The position numbers and the translations under genes were made by a program. Below the pieces are notes generated by a model. The model did not search any database, was not told the origin of the DNA, and was given only the letters and a program-made list of their open reading frames with translations. A stretch of 54,665 nucleotides of DNA from Phyllobates terribilis (Eukaryota), in the NCBI RefSeq assembly GCF_046119375.1, contig NW_027367813.1, forward strand, positions 1 through 54,665. The letters run 5' to 3'. Positions 24,483-38,451 of the stretch are shown in pieces; the first letter of the stretch is position 1, and every line of letters begins with the position of its first letter.

Positions 24483-25261
24483 TGTTAGTTATATGAACTA
24501 GCCCCTTAGTTCTTGTAACTTATAATACCTTAATTTTAATGATAACAAACTGTCTTATGGACTAATATGTGTATTAAGTGAGATATCACAGGAAATCGAT
24601 AGGCCTTTGAGTTACTTAGGAGGTTTAAGCGTGGAAAAACAATAAGCCGAAGTGAGGATACAAGAGCGAGAAGAATAGCACTCAAGGCGCTTAACTAGGA
24701 GCAAGGGAATCGAGTGATGCTGGAGGGGACCGAACAATAAGAGTGAAGGATCGAGCTGCACAAGTAACACGCTACACAAGGAGGACGCGCTCAAGGGGAC
24801 CGAAGACACTCAAGGGGACCGAGTGCGTATATATGGAAAGAAATCTTCCAAGAGCTAAAGAAGGAAAGATTTGATTCGCCAGAGATTTACCAGATTCGAG
24901 ATCTTAACAGTTGAAGCTAGTTTTTCATTATATTCGGCTAGTTTAGATTTAGTAGTTTATTTATTATTATTTACTTGCTTTTAGGTAATTAGTTCCTGGT
25001 GATTATGTCATAGTATAGATAGCTTAGTTTATTTATCTTTAAAGTTGGTTGTCGAACTAGAGAGAAAGAGTTCATCTTGATTTAGAGCTTAGGCAATAGC
25101 TAGGAGAGTTTAGAGAAACTAAGAACTGTGTGTTCGTCTAGTAGTTGTAAGTCTCACAAGAAATCAAATCATTTTGGAATTAAAGTGTTTGTTTGTTCTT
25201 AGTCTTGTATTTCCGCACAAAAGTTCTATCTTTAGTTAGACTAAGATCTTCACGATCCACA
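24483..25261 (+). mobile_element. Solo LTR of family B inserted in the LINE
   Basis: tgttagttatatgaac...cacgatccaca is the reverse complement of the B LTRs; flanks ctttta / cttta form a near-perfect TSD; removing the LTR restores LINE codons L-H-V-K-Y-L-D-V. Confidence 0.9.
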
Positions 25262-26440
25262 CTTTACATGTAAATGTTTGGCTCTTTACTAAGTAATAAT
25301 TATGGTGGGGAACATTTATGGTTTGCGCTTGGTCTTAACCAAGGTTATTAAACTTGAAGGCAACCACGACCACCACCATGATGACCTTCGTGTCATTGTT
25401 GTTGACCATATGTATCGGCATTGTAATTTTAGAATCTTTTGTCAACAAATAAATTCAGAAGGAGGCATAGAGCTAGTAGGTCTCGCATTATGATTTATCA
25501 TTAATAGGTCACTATTTTTTTCAATCATAAACAATACTTTTAAGAGTTCATACTATTATTTATAGCCTTGATGTTTATACAGTTCTTGTAACGACACTTT
25601 AGACAGATGCATTGTGGTGAATGCTTTTTTCTCAGAGGCTATTTTGTCACCTCATAATCTTAACATAGTCGTGATCATATACATAGCATTGATATAATCA
25701 CTTATGGACTTGAAGTCTTGAACCTTAATAGGTACACACCCGTCTTAAGACTGTCGTGCATGAAGTAGCACAAAAAGACAATAAATTTTACTTTTTGTTG
25801 AATATAGTTTCATCAAGGAAGAGGTCATCTGCCTTTATATAAAATAGAACATCGAACCTATTAAGAGGTCTCTTTAACCAACCAAGTGAAGGATGTCGAA
25901 TTATCTGTTTGTAATTTTTGTCATTTGTTATTGGATGTCCTGATAGTAAGTTAGTGACCGGAGACTCATCATACTTATAATGTGGTAAATGATTATGATT
26001 ATATGACTTAATCTTGTTATAAAAGAAAAAACTTACATTTAATTTATTAAAGGAAAGAAAGAGAGATCAAGAATTTTAAATTATATTTTTATTTTTTATA
26101 TGTAATTTATATTGATAAAGAATCCAGTTTATAAGTAGAGCACAATTTTTTTTTTGACTGATTACACTTTCTTACTCTGAACAATTCACCAAGTACATAG
26201 GCTTTATAATACACCAAACCTATAATGTGATCTTCTATAATGCATATTAAATAATTATGACTAAAATTATCATTTCAGCACACTAATTTTTTTGGTTGAA
26301 ATTTCATCACACTAATAGAAGATTGATCTGTTTCTGTTCTATATCCGTTCTCGTCTTCCGACTCCTTACTCCTCCACCTTCCAGCATAGGAACAACTTCT
26401 TTGTCCAAATCTCACAGATCCATATTGTCCACATTTCGCA

Positions 26441-29400
26441 ATGGCTCAGCCTCTCATAAAGAAGGACGATGATCGAGACGATGAAGGTAAATCGAATACT
26501 CACTCACTAGTTGCGTCCATTGATCGACATTCGCGCGCAATTGGCGCCGTCTACTATTTGGAATGCATGATTTGCACTATTAGATCTCACATTGAATTGT
26601 TTCGTTCTAGATCTGATTAGGTCTTTACATTACATCCTGTCTGTAACATCAGAGCAATTGAAGTGGGATTAGTTTGATCCAAATATCTAATCTGTTAGAC
26701 TTTCCGCATCGCATTTATGTTAGTGCTTATAATTGTTTAACGAACTGGTTCAGATCCGATTGTTTTGGACTTGTCTGTGTGTTGCTCTGTTATCCTTAGT
26801 GGTTATCTCGGTGGATTCAATTTATTGGATCTTAATAGTGCTTGCTCGTGTGTGATTGATGGTTACAGCGGAGTATTCTCCCTTTCTTGGGATTGAGAAA
26901 GGTGCTGTGCTTCAGGACGCTCGAGTTTTTAATGATCCTCAGCTTGATCCGAGAAAATGCTCTCAGGTTGTGGTTTTTCGCCTTCTATCAGTAACGTGTT
27001 TGTTTGCACATAGTTGCTATTTATCGTTCTTCTGTGCTAATGGATGAGAATGTTTTCAAATTTTGCGATCATCAGGTCATCACTAAGCTGCTCTACCTTC
27101 TAAACCAAGGCAATGCCTTCACCAAGGTCTAGCTGTCTACATTTTAGAGATTGATCTGTTACACTGGTAGTATGGATTAAGTTCTCTTCGTTTTGTAATG
27201 ATGAAAGTTTCAAATGGCTGATCAATAGGTTGAAGCTACAGAAGTGTTCTTCTCTGTGACTAAACTGTTCCAGTCCAAGGATACCGGGTTGAGAAGGATG
27301 GTTTACTTGATCATCAAAGAACTTTCTCCTTCTGCTGATGAGGTATTCCGATAATCCATGAATTAACATTTGGTACATCTCTCATATCTGAACTTAATGA
27401 TGGATACTTCTGGTTTGAAGGTTATTATCGTCACAAGCTCATTGATGAAGGACATGAATAGCAAGACAGACATGTATCGCGCAAACGCTATTCGTGTGCT
27501 TTGCCGGATCACAGACGGAACTTTACTGACCCAAATAGAAAGATATTTGAAACAAGCAATTGTGGACAAGAATCCCGTGGTTGCTAGTGCCGCTCTTGTT
27601 AGTGGCATTCATTTGCTCCAGGTAGTACTAGCGTGTATTTTGGTGATATGCGTTTCTGTTTGTAGCTTCCCACTAAAAATTATTGTACACTTCACCAGAC
27701 AAATCCAGAGATTGTGAAGAGATGGAGCAACGAAGTGCAAGAAGCTGTTCATTCACGTTCCGCACTTGTGCAGTTTCATGCTATAGCCCTTCTACATCAG
27801 GTATTGCAGTCTATATTATATGTCTAGATGTGTGTATTTTGTTGTTTTCCAAGATATGGAAGAATGAAGACACCATTAAACTGCACAACAGCATGAAAAA
27901 AGAAGCTCAATTGTCATTACTAGAATTTCTGAGAATACAGATAGATGTTTTTGGAGAACCTGGTTACAATAACAAAAATATATAAACTGTGATAAATTAT
28001 AAAAATAAGCACAGGTACTCACCGAACCCCAAAAAACAAATCAGTTTATGGACATAAGTTAACTGCATGAACAAAAAATCATCTAATACTTTGCTCTGAA
28101 TGGTGTATAAGATGCTCCAAGTGTTCCTTAAGGTAGTGCTTGTGCTCTTAATCCACCTTCATAATAATTTTTGAGCAGATAGATCATTATACAAACTATT
28201 ACTTCCACATACTCCCTGCCTTTGGTAGTGCTCTCTTAAAATTCATTTGTTCATGTCTACTTGCCCCGTTCTTTCGATTTGAAATGGCGAATTTCCATAT
28301 TGGGTCCTATAGCGTGTACAACAAATTAATGTTGGGGCTCATTTCAAGAGGTAGATTTTGGAGTGATCAAGTGAGTTTGTGGGATCTTTCAGACAGAACT
28401 TTGCTAATCTGCTACAAATTGCTCTAAACATATCTAAACGTGAAACACGCAGATAAGACAGAATGATCGTTTAGCAGTTAGCAAACTTGTTGCAAGCTTG
28501 ACAAGAGGTTCAGTGCGCTCACCTTTGGCACAATGTCTCCTAATTCGTTACACAAGTCAGGTACATATTTGAGACTCTGCTGTATTCAATTTTCAGTAGC
28601 TATAGATCAAGTTTCAAGTAATGATTGATAAAGTAACGTCGCAGATTATCAGAGAGTCATCCCAAACTGGTGACCGTCCATTTTTAGACTATCTTGAGGG
28701 TTGCTTGCGCCACAAGGCAGAAATGGTTATTTTTGAAGCTGCGAGAGCTATAACAGAGCTAAATGGTGTAACAGCTCGTGAATTGACTCCAGCTATCACA
28801 GTTTTACAGCTCTTTTTGAGCTCTTCTAAGCCTGTTCTTCGCTTTGCTGCAGTTCGCACTCTGAACAAGGTTTCTAATGCTACTTTGGAATTCTTTCTTC
28901 ATCATCTAGGAAAATGTCACTGACATGGTCAATAATGACCAAATATTTCAAATATGTTTCAATAAGAGGATAGTCACTAGCTTTTGACTAGGGTTCTGAA
29001 TTTAAACATCTTTGATATGGAATATTTGACTTTTTGATCTAGAACATTAAATAACTCCACTTACAAAAACTGATTCATATTATAAGTCGTTTTAGGATTT
29101 CTAGAAGAGAAGTTATGTAACTACATTTTCCAATGTCATGAATTTCAATTACTTCCTTTCTCTATGATTCTCTGTTGACTATCAGAGCATTTTAAGATTT
29201 TGTTATGTGGGCTTGCTATTATGATTTTGTGTACTTTTAATAATAACTTTAAATTATTAGTTAACTTTTCCTTAATATGTGTGATTTAATCCAAACCAAC
29301 AGTTAAATTGGATCGGAGGGAGTATCACTTAAGGTCCTTAACGCTTTATGCGAAAGGTTGAGAGGGTTATTTCAGACCTGCTTTTCAGTGCGTCAAGATT

Positions 29401-32400
29401 GGTTGATATAAAACTTGTTATGTTGTAGGTCGCAATGTCACATCCCATGGCAGTAACAAACTGCAACATTGACATGGAGAGCCTGATCTCAGATCAAAAT
29501 AGAAGCATTGCCACTCTTGCTATTACCACTTTGCTGAAGACTGGCAATGAATCAAGTGTAGATCGTCTGATGAAACAAATTACAAACTTTATGTCTGACA
29601 TCGCGGATGAGTTTAAGATTGTTGTGGTTGAAGCAATAAGATCTCTGTGTCTGAAATTCCCTCTGAAGTATAGAGCACTGTGAGTGGTCTGATTATGCTG
29701 TTGGAAAAATTGATTGTCTTTGAGCTTTGATGTGAACAATCTCTGCTGTAATACTTATTAATATGTTAAGTAATTTCTGACGATGCCTGTCCTTTTTTTC
29801 AGGATGAATTTCTTAAGCAATATCCTAAGAGAGGAAGGAGGATTTGAGTATAAGAAGGCAATTGTTGACTCTATTGTGATTCTTATAAGAGATATTCCTG
29901 ACGCGAAGGAAAATGGACTGCTACATCTGTGTGAATTTATCGAGGACTGTGAATTTACCTACCTTTCTACACAGGTTACTTACCTCAATATGTCTTTTCT
30001 GACATTTTCATTGATGTTTTAATCTTTGATATTATAATAATACATTTTTGGGCTCTTAATAAATCAATGCCAGATTCTGCATTTCCTAGGAATTGAGGGA
30101 CCCAAGACCGCAGACCCCAGCAAATACATACGATATATCTATAACAGAGTGATTCTTGAAAATGCAACTGTAAGAGCTGCAGCTGTTAGCACGTTGTCAA
30201 AGTTTGGAGCTACAGTAGATGCCCTGAAGGTATAAGCAGCTTGCTCCTGTTTATCGGATAATGAATGTTGAAGTAATTGAGGTTCAACTTTAATATTGTT
30301 TTCTGATTGCTCCATCTGAATTGCAGCCACGTATTTTCACTCTCCTAAGAAGGTGTCTCTTTGATAGTGATGATGAGGTAAGGCTTGATGACCACTATGG
30401 ACCCCTACACTTTTCTGAAATCCATCTCTTGTATCTGATGTATTTTTCTGTAATGTTAAATTTGTTAACTTGTACTGTAAAGAAGGTTGATTTGTTATTG
30501 AGACGGCCTCTAAACATCATCATGTCATGCTTTTTTGTATATAGTCAGTCAAACAAGTGTTTCTTTTGTGGACTAAGGTTGTATTTTGCATCGGATCTTA
30601 CTTTTTTGATATTTAATGGTAGGTTCGCGACAGGGCAACACTTTATCTGCAAACATTAGGAGCTGATGATGCAGCTGTTGAAACTGATGAAGTTGTGAAG
30701 GATTTTCTCTTTGGATCCCTTGATGTCCCACTGGGAAACCTTGAAGCTAGCTTGAAGAACTATGTAAGTTTTACTGAGTTTGTCATATTTTTAGCTTCAT
30801 AGAATCAATAACTTATACTAAACCCAAAGTTCTCTTTCCTAGGTGTCAAACATCTAAATGTTGTAAAAGAATATTATAGAAAGATTATTAGACAGTTTAC
30901 ACAAATCGTTTAGTTCTTAAGGTGGGTAAATACATTAAATTTCAAATTAATTTTGTTCTATTTATCGTCCATTTATCCATAACATATATTATACTCCATT
31001 TTCAAAAACTCTACCGATATAAATTAACCATGTTAGTATAGGTTAATTGTTGCATCTTATTTATCGTGCCCAAACCCACACAAGGCACATGTAGATATGC
31101 TAGTTGTACATCTGTATTCTGATACTTGATGGATAATCCACAATGCAGGAAGCTTCTGAATTGCCATTTGATATCCATTCTGTTTCCAAAGAGATTAAAT
31201 CACAAACCCTGTCTGAGAAGAAAGCACCTGGCAAAAAACCAACCGGGCTCGGCGCTCCTCCTACCACTCCGTCATCAGGCATTGATGCTTATGAAAAATT
31301 GCTTTCTTCAATTCCTGAGTTTTCTTCCTATGGAAAGCTTTTCAAGGTCCAAAACCAATATACTCATACAATTTACTTACATAATACTTTACTGAACCAT
31401 CCTTCAAGCACTTCTTTTCTGTTTCTTTTCTCTCCAGTCATCACCGCCTGTTGAGTTGACTGAAGCCGAAACAGAGTATGCAGTGAATGTTGTCAAGCAC
31501 GTCTTTGACAGCCATATTGTGTTCCAGTTCAACTGCACCAACACCATCCCTGAGCAACTTCTGGAAAATGTAAAATCATTTTGAAATAAGATATTCTTAA
31601 CATGTGTTGTACTGGTGCTTATGTTATTTATTGCCACCTCCAGGTTAGTGTTTTTGTGGATGCTTCAGAAGCAGAGGAATTTTCAGAAGTAGCGTGCAGA
31701 CCTCTTAGATCGCTTCCTTATGATTCACCTGGACAGACATTCGTTGCTTTTGAGAAGCCTGAGGGAATCCCTTCAATCGGGAAGTTCTCAAATGTGTTGA
31801 GATTCACTGTAAAGGAGGTATTTTTCTCTTTCTATGTGTGAAGGTATTAGGTGGGATAAATATGTTATAAAGAAACTGATAGTAATACCTCTCTATGTCT
31901 AGAGTTAAGTGCCGTTTTAGCGGAAAAAATGCGTCTTCCAGTAAGTCCCATTTTAAGTTTTCTTTTACCATATTTTGTCCATTTTACCCTTAATTATCAA
32001 CTGATTACACTTACCAAAAAGAAAGAACTCTATGGAAACTAAATAGGGGGTAGTTCAGTCTATTCTTTTTCTTTATAATCTTAATTTTTGTTGGAAATCT
32101 TAAAACGGTACATATATTTCTATGGAAAGAGTATAAAATGTTCAAATATTCAACATTCACTTGATACGATTCTGTGTGGAAAAATATTTTGTGGTTTATT
32201 CCTATATGCTACAATATTCAACTTGTGCATCACTGAGATCACATTACAGGAGATAGTGTGCTCAAGCAGACAAAAAATGTTAACCTAAAAGAAAGAGTTT
32301 AACAACATATTGTATTCAGATTGAGCCATCAACTGGAGAGGCAGAGGAAGAAGGTGTTGAAGATGAATATCAGCTTGAGGAGCTGGAAGTTACATGTGCA

Positions 32401-33365
32401 GATTACATGCAGAAAGTTGGTGTATCAAATTTCAGAAATGCCTGGGAAAGCATGGACCCTGAAGGCGAGCGAGTTGATGAATATGGCCTTGGATATAGAG
32501 AAAGCTTAGTGGCAGCAGTTAATGCTGTCATTAACTTGCTTGGAATGCAACCTTGTGAGGTAAGACAGTTCTTGTTGCTTCTCCCGGTTAAATATTTTAT
32601 ATAAATTATAAAATTGTTGATATATGTGATGTTATCTTTAAGATTTGGTATTTGTCTAATTCTGTCACATTTACAATGGTATAATGTTATACATAATAAT
32701 TTCTTTATATATTTTCAAATTATTAGAGTATGAATTTATGAAGAAAATCTACAAATATGATTAACATCATGAAAATTTCCTAAGTTCATTCTATATAATA
32801 TTTTTTAAGTTTGTAAAAACTTTATAAGCTCTACACATAAGTTCATTATATGAACTTCAACTTTATACAGCTGTTTGGAGTATTAAATACTTAGAAATAC
32901 TAGACTAATCTCCTCATAAATTAGAAAAGAAACAAAAAAACTTAGATTGCTGAAAACTCAGTAGCCTGGTAAATTTTATTGGAATAATGTGATTTAAATA
33001 AAAAAACAACTGTACATGGCCAAGAAAGCCGTTTACAAAATTGTGACAAGATGGAAAATTACATTAAGATCAAATCATGCAGCAAGACATAGTAGTTTTA
33101 TCAAGTTTCTTCATGAAAAATAGCCCCGTTCCTGATCATTAGCCTGGTTTTTTACTTAAAACTTTTTCAGGGTACAGAGACGGTTCCAACCAACTCCAGG
33201 TCACACACATGCCTTCTCTCTGGTGTATACATAGGCAACGTAAAGGTTCTTGTTCGTTTACAATTGGGTCTTGACTCGAACCGTGAGGTAGCAATGAAGC
33301 TGGCTGTTCGATCCGAAGATGAGGCTGTCAGTGACGTCATTCATGAGATTGTGGCAAGCGGCTAG
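26441..33365 (+). CDS. COPG: Coatomer subunit gamma (gamma-COP), 18 exons, 884 aa
   Basis: Exons 26441-26486, 26869-26966, 27076-27126, 27229-27342, 27421-27621, 27699-27800, 28453-28560, 28645-28869, 29429-29679, 29803-29974, 30074-30229, 30327-30377, 30623-30763, 31149-31346, 31438-31569, 31644-31817, 32320-32559, 33171-33365. All introns GT-AG; 2655 nt in frame; [15 protein letters not shown]...HEIVASG*. Confidence 0.97.
29055..29322. mobile_element. Degenerate Stowaway MITE in gamma-COP intron 8
   Basis: Right TIR gatcggagggag followed by TA (29323-29324); left end degraded (actccac...tataagtcgtttt). Confidence 0.55.
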
Positions 33366-34167
33366 AAAATTGTCACAGCAAACCAGGTATTTCTTCATTT
33401 TTATGTAAACAGAGTTGCACTTATATAGGATATCCTCACCTATTTCTTGACCTTCCTGAAGAAGAGCAATAGCCAAAGATTGTTTCAACCTGAGATTTTA
33501 TTTTTATATTTCAGATGTCATAAATGCCATTTTGATCCTGAGCTCCCTATTGTAAACCTTAAAGACCTTCCTATAAACATTTTGCTCATACATATATATT
33601 CATCTATGTTTGATTATTCTTTATAATTCATTGGATTATATTGCTTTTGTTTTGTTTAGAGATTATTCTGCACACTTTGACAACTATTTAATAGTCAAAT
33701 TGGTGGCTGGTGCCTGGAAACCATGCCTACCTAGAGCCTGTTTGGTAAGGCAAAAGTAACGTTACCATGCTAAACAGGACCCTAATTACTTGGTAATTGT
33801 TGCTAACAATATAATTTCCTTATATGTGTAGCCAGTTTTTCTAGTATAAGCTTTGACAAAATTGGTTGTATAAACATGGTGAAGCAGCAAAAAATGACAA
33901 GTGTAATTGGTGAGACTGACGAGATATAATATACTATCGAAATATGCTCACATATTTGGACAAGTTATGCGAACCCTTGTCTAAATTATACTGTCTCCAT
34001 CATAATTACACTAATAGATACAAAACCTTCATAGAGAGCCATTGGCAACCTTCTTTCACCGCTCATTGACAACAACACTTAAAATTGTTCTTTGCTGATT
34101 CATCTTCACCTTTCATTTCTTTTTAAGTTGCTGCTATCACCTAAATAAACCTGATATATGTCACTAT

Positions 34168-36539
34168 TTAGTAAGAAAATAGAAGAACCAATATGCAGCA
34201 GCAGCAGCAGCACCACCACCACCATACTCTCCCTCTGATATCACCAGCCCTTTCAGCTTTGTTCGCCAACTTTGATGATAAGCTGTTACCTCCAACACCA
34301 GCACCACCTCGAGGGTAAACGCAAGAATTATAACCTACCCAATAAAAATAACAACGTAGATGTTATGGTAAAATGAAGTAGTCAAAGAAGGTAAAATGGA
34401 TAAGAGTAAGGCGGCGGGGTTAACTGGGATTGACTGATGTAACAGTAGCGGTCTGAGAGAAATCACAGTCGGACGGCTGCTTACTGGATGCCTGGTAATA
34501 GGAGTTCATGGCATAAGCAGCGTGTGATGCCACTGTATTCGGGTCAAAACAGGCGCCACCTGGCTGAATGGGCCCACAGTCAACTCCCGGTTGACTGCAC
34601 GCGTAGTCAAGGGCTGCCTGCAGCTGAGAGTCAGAGACCCCTTGCTTCGGCACACACCAACCAGTTGTTGTTGCTGGTGGTGGGGTGGATTTGGATGGAC
34701 TCTTAGCCTGTAACGAGTATAGAATTATGAAACTACGTGACAAAGAAAACGGATATACTTTTAAAGAGAACATAGACTCACCTGACTGCTCTTGGAGAGG
34801 CCTGCGTCGTAGGCCATGGTAAGGTTGGGCCTGTAGAGCCCAAAGGAGCGCTCCGAGGTGGGCCCGGGCTTCAAGTCCTCGTCGTACAGAGCAAAGATGT
34901 AGGTGTCGACTGATTTCCCGGGCATGAGAGGCGTACCCACCATAGACCTCAGGTGTGAGATCAACCCGCCGTTGTAAGCCTTTGCGTTGTCAATGGTAGT
35001 CCCTGCCTCGTTGGTGTCTCCATTGTAAGGCCACCCGGTTTCCGCCACCACGATCTCCACGTCCTTGTATCCCATTGCGTTCAGTGCTGAATGTACTGCA
35101 TCAACCTATTTAGTTCACAGTCAAAATTGATTTCTAGCAAGAACATGTAGCGGATGTCTATGGTAAACGAATAATCCCTTAAAATAGTAGTACATATACT
35201 TACTATTTATGGTACTAGTGTATTTAAACCTACTACTCACAAACAGCATTCATAAGTTGCAACATAATGATTTCTAGCAAGAACTAGTTAACATGAAAGG
35301 GTTGGTATTAGTAACCTTTATTACTGCAATTATTGTACCACTATGAATGGCAGGCTGTCATTGAACTAGGACCGTAATTGAATTGACTAATCAATCATGA
35401 TATTGAGGAAATTATGCCATAATTTTTACTGCCAACTAATTATTGATACAAATTTCCAGCCTAAAATTCTATATATAATTGCATAAGCTTGTGAAGGTGA
35501 ATTAGCTAATTTTGTTAATTATGAGACAAATTATCATCAAATAAAAGACAAATCGATTAAATTATTTGTATGCTACTTTTTGTCCGGGAGAATAATCTTG
35601 TTAATTATGAGAAAGAAATAGGAACCTGCGCGTCGAACATATTCATGTACTTGATATTGGTATTGGAGTCGACCCGACCCGCGTTGGGTTGGAACAGGCA
35701 AAACGATAGCGTTTCGGGTCTCGGGTCGCTCTGGTAAGCAAAAAACGGGTACGGGTTTATGGTAAACGGCGACCCGTTTCCTTTGAGAAACTCAAGCAGC
35801 GCTTTCATCGTCCCCCCCAACGCCGGGTTAAAAGCTCCGGAAGACGGTGGGTCGGATTGGCTCAGCACCGCCATTGAATGGACCGTTGACACCTTGATTT
35901 TACTTCCCAATGAGGCCGACTTAAGGGCATTTTCGACATTCTGCATCGCAGGGAGTAGCTGCGATATCAAATTCTGGTCCCCTGAAAATGTACCAGTACA
36001 GTAGAATTATTTTCACCGCACAGTACTTTCTAGAAACAGATATTGATACTCTCGAACACCTGAGGAGATGACTTCGTTGCCAACGGTGATGAGGATGATG
36101 TTGCTAGCCGGGAAATAAGGGATGACGTTCGAGTTAATCCACTGAGTCGCTTGATTCGGATCGGTCGCTAGCGCCGGAATGTCGCCGTTGGAGGCGCCGA
36201 TTACAATGCCGATTCCGGTGTTGGCGAGAGCTTTCAACATCGCCGGATCAGCGCCGTACATCCTGACCTTCGAGATTGTAGTCGACTGTAGGAGCTTTGC
36301 AGTGTCCGTCGCCGGTGGAAGATTGTCGGCTACCTCGCCGTAATTAACTCCGATGAAGGATTGCGCCTCTGCAAAATTGAACGAATTTCCGAGACAAATT
36401 AAAACAGATCTAGAAAGTCGAATCTACTTGATTAAGCTGAAACTTGAATCGATGAATGGATTAGGTTGGGGATGCTACCGGAGGAATAGAATGAAAGGCA
36501 GAGAAGAGAGAAAAGGATTGTTGGAAAGCGGATAGACAT
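34168..36539 (-). CDS. Glucan endo-1,3-beta-glucosidase (GH17 catalytic domain plus X8/CBM43), 6 exons, 499 aa
   Basis: Exons 36479-36539, 36060-36368, 35626-35981, 34782-35105, 34425-34707, 34168-34334. Signal peptide, IGVNYG, ITVGNEV, INPYPFFAY, VVAETGWP, IFALYDEDLKPGPTSERSFGL and X8 WCVPK...LDYAC; 1500 nt in frame. Confidence 0.95.
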
Positions 36540-37497
36540 GGCGGATGAAATAATTAACCGCGAAGTAGCAGGTAACACACTATAAAGTGATGAAGCTCCA
36601 AATAATTAATAAGTCAAGAAGAAAGAAGAAAATTAGGCGAGGAGTAAAAGATTGAATAGTCACCAGAATTGACGAGGAAGGAGAAGGAGAGAAGAAGAAG
36701 AAGATAGACCTTAGACTCGAGTGTGGGAGTGGGGACCCACACAAGAGGTGTGGCATTTTCCTCATTAACATGCCAACTCTGCAAATTGTCTAAGCGTACG
36801 TTCGACGCAACACTTAAAAGATAATTGTTAGTGTACTCGAAGCCGAGTTGTTTGGGCGGTAGGGGTGTCCTCCTCACTCCTTTGTCCGGGTTCGATAGCA
36901 CTATTATGTATTTATGTTATAGTATCATAAGTATCAAGAACGGTCCAATTAGGATACGATAATATTTAGATCAATAAAAAACATGCAAGAAGTTACAGGT
37001 AGACACCTGTTTCGAACAGTTTACAAGCAACTACTATTAGAAAATCTATAAATAGTCCCTTGTTACTAAGGGACGAATTTTAATGGGAAATAAGAGAGTT
37101 TATGAATTTGAGATTTATGAGACATCGCATGCGAAACTAGATTGGATCAACTCACTCGCTCACAAAAAAACTCTTGTAATACTGCTGACATTTGAATAAT
37201 AACGTGTATTGATGTTCTAATCAATTAACATGTATCTAGTCTAAATCCGCCGCAAAGACTTTTCAGTGGTGATGTTTTAGCACATTTGTGTATGTTTTGA
37301 TCCCGACTCATGTGTTCTTGAAGGTACATTATTTTCTTCTACACTTTTGTTCGAGCCCATTACAGGTCCTTCCTACTCATGTAAGCAACACTAATAAAAT
37401 AAATGCTTAAACATGTCACATTCCATATTGTCATGTGAATATTATGGTCAGGGCCGAGATGGAAAGTCACTCGAAATTGGAAACCTCTCCCAACTTT

Positions 37498-37581
37498 TTG
37501 ACTGGTTCTTGGGCTATCGGGCTCGTCCATTTTAATAGTCCAGACTCACTAATCCCCTCAACCTGTGCAGGCCCAGGGTTT
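37498..37581 (-). mobile_element. 5'-truncated SINE 3' end
   Basis: Flanked by a 16-bp direct repeat aacctctcccaacttt (37482-37497, 37582-37597); minus strand carries accctgg...gaggggattagtgagt, like the 3' ends of the SINEs at 52.2 and 54.3 kb. Confidence 0.55.
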
Positions 37582-38248
37582 AACCTCTCCCAACTTTAAT
37601 AACATCATACATTCCAATATATAGGACTTCAACTCCGAGACCTCAAATTAGAATAGGAAAGTCTAACATTACCGTTGCTAGTGCGTCAACTACGTTCGAG
37701 TATCAGAATATATGATGTTCACTACTAAATATTGATACATCAACCAATACCATACATTGAAGTTTGCACAAATCTAGTCGGTGTTCAATTTCTAGATGGA
37801 TAAGTAACACAGTGTCTAGGGAGAAAATAAAGTTCTTATTATTGAATGTGCGATGAGATAGTCGCTCACATAACAAGGAAATATTACTAATTCAGTCGAC
37901 CTCAGAAGTCTCTTAATTATGTATTTTCTCTCCCAATTTTTTGACCCCCTCCTTGAAGGATGGCAAGTTGTATTTGTAGGGGTTGCACTAGTACCTCCTT
38001 GTGAGCGGCGCTTGATACGTTTCTTATAGGGGGCTCATTGCATGCTTACTTGTGGTCGAGGAGATGTCATTCCCATATTGGTCTGTACTCGGGCCCCCGC
38101 ATGGCATGGTGAATGCTGAATTCACCAGGCGGATCTTTGCGACGAGCTAGAGGGACAACACATGTGGATGTCAATGAGGTGTCCTAGTATGCGGAGGGTT
38201 ATTCGGCGCGTTGAGTGGTGTTGCAATTGTTGCATTCCATCATTAATA

Positions 38249-38451
38249 CTCTATATATCCCATAATGTAGTTCATGTTTTGACTTAACGCACTTGTTATA
38301 CACAATTTCTTTCATATTTAATAAATATCTCTACTTATATGTTTATAAAAAACCATAAATTTCTAATATAATTAAACAAGATTATACAAGAATATATATT
38401 TTTTTAGTGCAGGAAAAATAAAACACAGACTATATTACAAGTTCAAAAGAG
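38249..38451. mobile_element. Degenerate Stowaway-like MITE
   Basis: TA-flanked, imperfect terminal inverted repeats tactct...taatgtagt...gtttt / aaaac...actatatta...agagta; AT-rich interior. Confidence 0.5.

Noticed and set aside
37930-38220. GC-richer segment, possibly a TE or gene fragment
   Set aside because: No ORF, termini or recognisable motif; left unassigned.
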